A stretch of 64,000 bases of DNA from Octopus vulgaris (Eukaryota): the NCBI GenBank assembly GCA_951406725.2, contig OX597831.1:59768001-59832000 (forward strand), given 5' to 3'. The translations under genes were made by a program, and so were the position numbers. The notes under the pieces are model-generated. The model worked only from the letters and a program-made list of their open reading frames with translations. It was not told the DNA's origin and searched no databases. Positions 59,120-64,000 of the stretch are shown piece after piece. How positions within the stretch are numbered: position 1 is the first letter of the stretch; the number at the start of each line of letters is the position of its first letter.

Positions 59120-59340
59120 TTCAACGACAATGATAATAATCGTAATAATAATAATAACATTGAAAATTACCTTATGAATGGGAACCCAGGTTCGAAAATT
59201 CACCAAGACACCTGATGAAGGCTAGATGGTACTTCAGCCGAAATGTTGTGTTTACAACAAAGAAGATGAGGACAAATATCCCTCAAACGTAAATATTGTA
59301 CATAATTCCGCATCCCGCATCTCTTAAATATAGAACTCTA
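58959..59340 (+). mobile_element. tRNA-headed SINE-like element with (TAA)n spacer and HHR-bearing tail
   Basis: A box GTGTAGTGGTTAAG, anticodon-like arm GG-CTACTAA-CC, B box GAGTTCGATTCC; HHR downstream. Confidence 0.7.
59207..59252 (+). ncRNA. Minimal hammerhead ribozyme (probable CpG decay in stem III)
   Basis: GACAC-CTGATGA-A-GGCT..AGCC-GAAA-TG-TT-GTGTT. Confidence 0.72.
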
Positions 59341-60016
59341 TTAAGAATATCTTGGTTTTATTAACTGTACATAGCATGATAAATTCCTAATTAGAAATAT
59401 TTAAAATTATATGAAAAATTACAAACACGTATTTGAATAACTTTTGTTCATATCAAAATGAATTGGACAGCATCCTTGAAATCAATGAAAAAAATTTGAC
59501 TAATAACTCGATTGTCCACACTAACAAATGCAAATATCCAGGTTAGCTGTAAAACTTAAAATTGCTGAAATGCAAAGCGTTTTTTAAAAGATATTTCACT
59601 CTTATATGATATTTAGAAAATAATTTTACTCACTATCTTTTATGTTACCATGGGTAAGTATGAAAACAATATAGAGACGATGAAATACATTTCAGGAATG
59701 TGTTGAAGATTAGAAATGTGTTGCACTATCCATCAACATATATGAAAATACATAGGTAAATAACTAAGTAAATGAAAATAAAAACAATAAACACTATTCC
59801 TGAATTGATAAGTGAAAGTTATCTAAAAATGTCAAAATTGAAAATCCCCTTAAGTGCATATAGTCACTTAATGGGATTATAAAGTATGAGAATATTCTAT
59901 GTCAACAGCAGAAGATAAACACGATATAAGACATGGATTGAAAGCATTATTAATGCCTCGTACATCATCTTCACATAGTACATAGCATTCCCGTCATCCA
60001 ACGCATTATACATATA

Positions 60017-60560
60017 TACTAGGTTGAAGAAAATGTTCGTGCGCCGAACTTGTGCCGAATGGTGGCGCCATCAACGCTGAACTTTACTGCAAGGACCTTC
60101 ATCGAGTCTACAATGGACTGGTTGCAAGGTGCCCAAGACTTGTTCGTCGAAAACACGCTTTGTTTCAGCAAGACAATGCAAAGCCGTATACCATCTGGAA
60201 GACCACCAACAAGATTAAAGAATTGGACGGTGTGCAACTTCTGCCGCATCCATCATATAATCCAGACGTTGCTCCATCTGACTCCGGTCTCTTCTGGCCA
60301 ATGCAGCACTTTATGAAAGGTAGCCGATTTGAGTCACTCGATGATTTTGAAGAAGCCTGTCAAGAAGTTTTCGATTCAAAACCGAAGGATTGGTACTTTG
60401 ACAAAATTCGAAAGCTTGCCGAACGTTGGCAGAAGGTCGTGGAAAACAATAGTCTTTATTTTGAAGAATAGTTGTTTTTGCATAAATAAATGGTCATTAA
60501 ATATTTTTCTTTTATTGGAGTATATTTGGCTTAGAGCTGTTTCTCGTATTAATTATAGGG
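60017..60560 (+). mobile_element. Internally deleted mariner transposon
   Basis: TIR-like TAGGTTGAAGAAAATGTTCGTGCG joined to C-terminal ORF: QQDNAKPY, HPSYNPDVAPSD, IRKLAERWQKVVEN..YF. Confidence 0.92.
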
Positions 60561-61013
60561 ACATTACTGAGAGGAAATGATCAAACTTGAACTAGTAATA
60601 GCTCTGACGAATGTACCATTAATTTTTTCGCTTGTTCAATGTTTCTTAATTGATCAAGAACCGGTCGACTTAATCTCTCAATAATGTACATATAATGACT
60701 ACTGGAAACGGAAGCCAAATTTAATCCAAGAAAGGAAGCATATGTAATCACCATTATTAAACCTTATTTTATATATCAATCTATGAAAAAAACCCAGTTT
60801 ATGTGGAGCCCATCGACGGATTTACAATATAGGATTATGATGAAACATATCTTTTGACCCTGCCGTAAGAATACCTGGAGTGCTACACTCATCTAAATAA
60901 TATTGATAGTCAGGTGTAGGAACATAAATCTTATGTACCGTTTGCCCGGATTGATAATCCCACGCTATTAACTAATTACATACATACATACATACATTCA
61001 CTCACACACACAG

Positions 61014-61095
<82 letters not shown>

Positions 61096-62121
61096 GCAAA
61101 TATTTATGATATTTATTATATATATGTTTCAGTAACTAGATGGGTAGGCCTGTAATGCGTGTTTATGTTTCTGTATATATGTTTGTATCATGAAATATAT
61201 ACACACCACCAATAAAACGCAATGATAGGATCAGAGAAGGCATGCATAAATGCAAATGATTGGTGTGATATACGGTTTTTCATTTTTAATTTATCTCTAC
61301 TGATTTGACCAGAGTACCTGTTCGCATCGAAAATAGTGTTGACGTTGAAAATGGATTGCTTTTCTATCATGGATTTCGCTAGGTTACGTACTTAATCATT
61401 AGTGAGACAGTTATAATAATGTAGTAATCTTGACACTGAAATTCATTTTCGGTATGGGCAGAAAATATTTAACCTCTTCAAGAACTACATTTATTGAGAC
61501 AGATGAATTTAAATATATTCAAACAATATTTCTTTAAATTCAGTAAAAATAATAGTGCTAATAATATTAATAGCAACAGAATATTCTATCTAACAGAATA
61601 TTCAAAATTTGCACTTAACCCATTTCATATTTTTGCAGCTATTATCAATAGAATCCACAAAGAGAAGTTAATACCTTTGATGATGATTACTACTATTTGC
61701 ATTTGGAGCCTATATCTATTTACTCCCATTAGCAATTCGATTAAAAGTCCATCAAACTCTATTGGATGATTAAGCTGATTTATAAAACTACAAGCCAATA
61801 AATTTCAGTATAGTCTATGATAATTGTTTTATTCGACTTTCTTTTTTGCTTTATTTATAAATACGTTATCTGGCTTCATATATTGGATTATTATTCGGAT
61901 ATTGACCTGCCTTCTGATTCGGTGTCCGATTGTCTCTGTACTGGCTTCCCTCAACCTCTACATGGGTAACGACAAATCACCTCTTGTTCTAACATTCATA
62001 CATATATATATATATACATACATAAACATATATACATACATATATATGTATATGTGAGTCGCCATGATAGATCGGTATCCACTACACACATTTTTGTCTC
62101 TCCTTGTTTTTTTCTGTGTTC

Positions 62122-62157
62122 CTTTCTGTGGAAGAGCGTAGGCTCGAAACGTAAAAG
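62122..62157 (+). ncRNA. Minimal hammerhead motif with mutated core (CTGTGGA)
   Basis: CTTT-CTGTGGA-A-GAGC-GTAG-GCTC-GAAA-CG-TA-AAAG. Confidence 0.55.
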
Positions 62158-62245
62158 ACTTTTTCAATTCCTGAGCGTTATACAAATAGATCTGTTTGTT
62201 TTCTACACCACCTGCTTTCGTCTTATATTTTTGGGCGTGAATTCT

Positions 62246-62281
<36 letters not shown>

Positions 62282-62288
<7 letters not shown>

Positions 62289-62909
62289 GGAATACCACTC
62301 TTATGTAGTTCAAACAATGATAGACATGAACCAAATCATAAAGAAAAGATAAAACATATAAAACATATAACTAGATCACAGAAAGTGGATGTTCGTATAG
62401 TGGTGTGATTGGGGAAGGTTCTTGAATGTGTGTGGAGGTGTGTGCATAACGATGTGTGAGGTGTGGGTTCTAGGATGTTTGGGGGCTAGTGTATGTAGAA
62501 AGTTAAGGTTGTTGTGCATGTTTGGACGTGTGCGTACTGGTGTGTGGTGTGTGAACCGAGTTCAATAGTATGTATGGGGGTTGTACAATGGTGTGTGTAG
62601 TACAATGGTGTATTGCGTTAGGTGGTGTATTAGTGCAGTGGTTGAAGGGAGGGGCATTTAAAAGTGCAGGTGCATGGGAATATGCGTTGGGTTGATGCTA
62701 GAAGAAGGAAGGTGGTGTTTTAAGCCCATAAACCACAAAGTTATGAAGGGTGAAAGATTTGTGGACCGGATGTGTAAAATATCGGCGTTTTTGCCAAGTC
62801 TAATGTCTCGGAGGTGCTGAGTGAAAGGGTTAGCCAACGGCGCCCTGTTTGACCAATGTTCAGGAAAAGACAAAGAGAGGAAGAGATGAAGTAGATATCA
62901 TTCGTGGGC

Positions 62910-62915
<6 letters not shown>
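62282..62915 (-). mobile_element. Penelope-like element 3' remnant (GIY-YIG) between (TA)n tracts
   Basis: CTPTNDIYFISSSLC..NIGQTGRR / LANPFTQHLRDIRLG, frameshifted GIY-YIG; CA-rich 3' region. Confidence 0.8.
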
Positions 62916-62954
<39 letters not shown>

Positions 62955-63029
62955 GAATAAAGTCTGTTACACATTACGACTCCTATCTCATCTTATTAAT
63001 ACAGTTACTGTGTGTGTTTATAGATATAT

Positions 63030-63120
<91 letters not shown>

Positions 63121-63729
63121 TATAGATAGATAGATAGATAGATAGATAGAAACACATATCTATACATACGTGTATAGATATGTGCAAACTATAAATCTGG
63201 GTTGGGATTTTTTATCTATATATCTATGAAGCAAATTTTGAAATTGAAATCAAATGTTATTCAAACGTAATCTGCTTCGGATGAATATATCTATCTAATA
63301 AAATAAAATAAATAAAATAACCTTTGAATTTGAAATAAAATGCTACTCAAAATGTGGAGCGTTTTTTTTATCACGCGTCTCACTAAATTGCGCGGGTGCG
63401 CGTGTCCAGAAACAACGTCGTGTTCTCATGGTAACAAGCTGTTAATTCCTTGCTGTCTGTTGATGGGCAAAAATGACCCAAATTTTCGAACTTTAATTCC
63501 AGACAAGACAAGATTCTAAATCTACGTGATGACGTAATTACCTGATAATAATCAAAATTCAGAACTGCATCGAAACACCAAGACCGAAAGGAATATGAGC
63601 AAATTAAAGGGGGCTGAATTTGGGAAACATAAAAGATCCGTAATGTCTATTAGAATCTATTTCTATTAATGTCTTCTTCGTGTTTTGTATACATATTATC
63701 TTGTGTTTCTTTTGTGCTTATAAACTGCA

Positions 63730-64000
63730 TACATCGTGAACAGGTTCGCGCGTGAATTAGGTTCTAGAGGCAGAAGGTAAGGGAAGAGAAGCGGCAGGAA
63801 AACCTAGAGAGACACAGGCAAAAGCAGTAGCTGAGACAAGCGTCAATGGAGGGTGAACAACGCGATGAACACCTGCTGCAATATAGGAGGGGACAACAAA
63901 TAAGACGAGAAAATATTAATAAGGAACAGCGTGCACAATACCACGAAACTTATTTCAGCAAAGAGAACATGAATCAACATGATAGGGTTATTTATCAGCA
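63730..64000 (+). mobile_element. Possible Helitron RepHel N-terminal charged-repeat remnant
   Basis: MEGEQRDEHLLQYRRGQQIRRENINKEQRAQY resembles E-Q-R repeats of Helitron N-termini; truncated by window end. Confidence 0.35.

Overview
AT-rich, microsatellite-dense animal DNA with no long intact ORF. The SINE and repeat content suggests an octopus/coleoid cephalopod (inference). The window holds tRNA-derived SINEs, decayed Tc1/mariner transposons, R4/Dong-like and RTE/CR1 LINE fragments, Penelope-like element (PLE) GIY-YIG remnants, and possibly a few small exons of a minus-strand host gene. The main result is a hammerhead-ribozyme (HHR) retroelement system inserted into (TA)n tracts. (1) A 5.5-kb array of about 11.3 near-identical 489-491 bp units (48026-53583) carries one complete type I hammerhead per unit and has a PLE-style 5' inversion. 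It looks like a young retrozyme locus predicted to yield ~490-nt self-cleaved, possibly circular, RNAs. (2) About ten further minimal HHR motifs from different families lie in (TA)n-flanked, often fold-back, PLE-like relics, and include C3-G8, U3-A8 and G3-C8 core variants. (3) A covarying 3'-terminal RNA structure ending in CTAGGCYRCTGGT is shared by three otherwise dissimilar elements. All ribozyme calls come from manual motif and base-pairing reading; activity was not tested.
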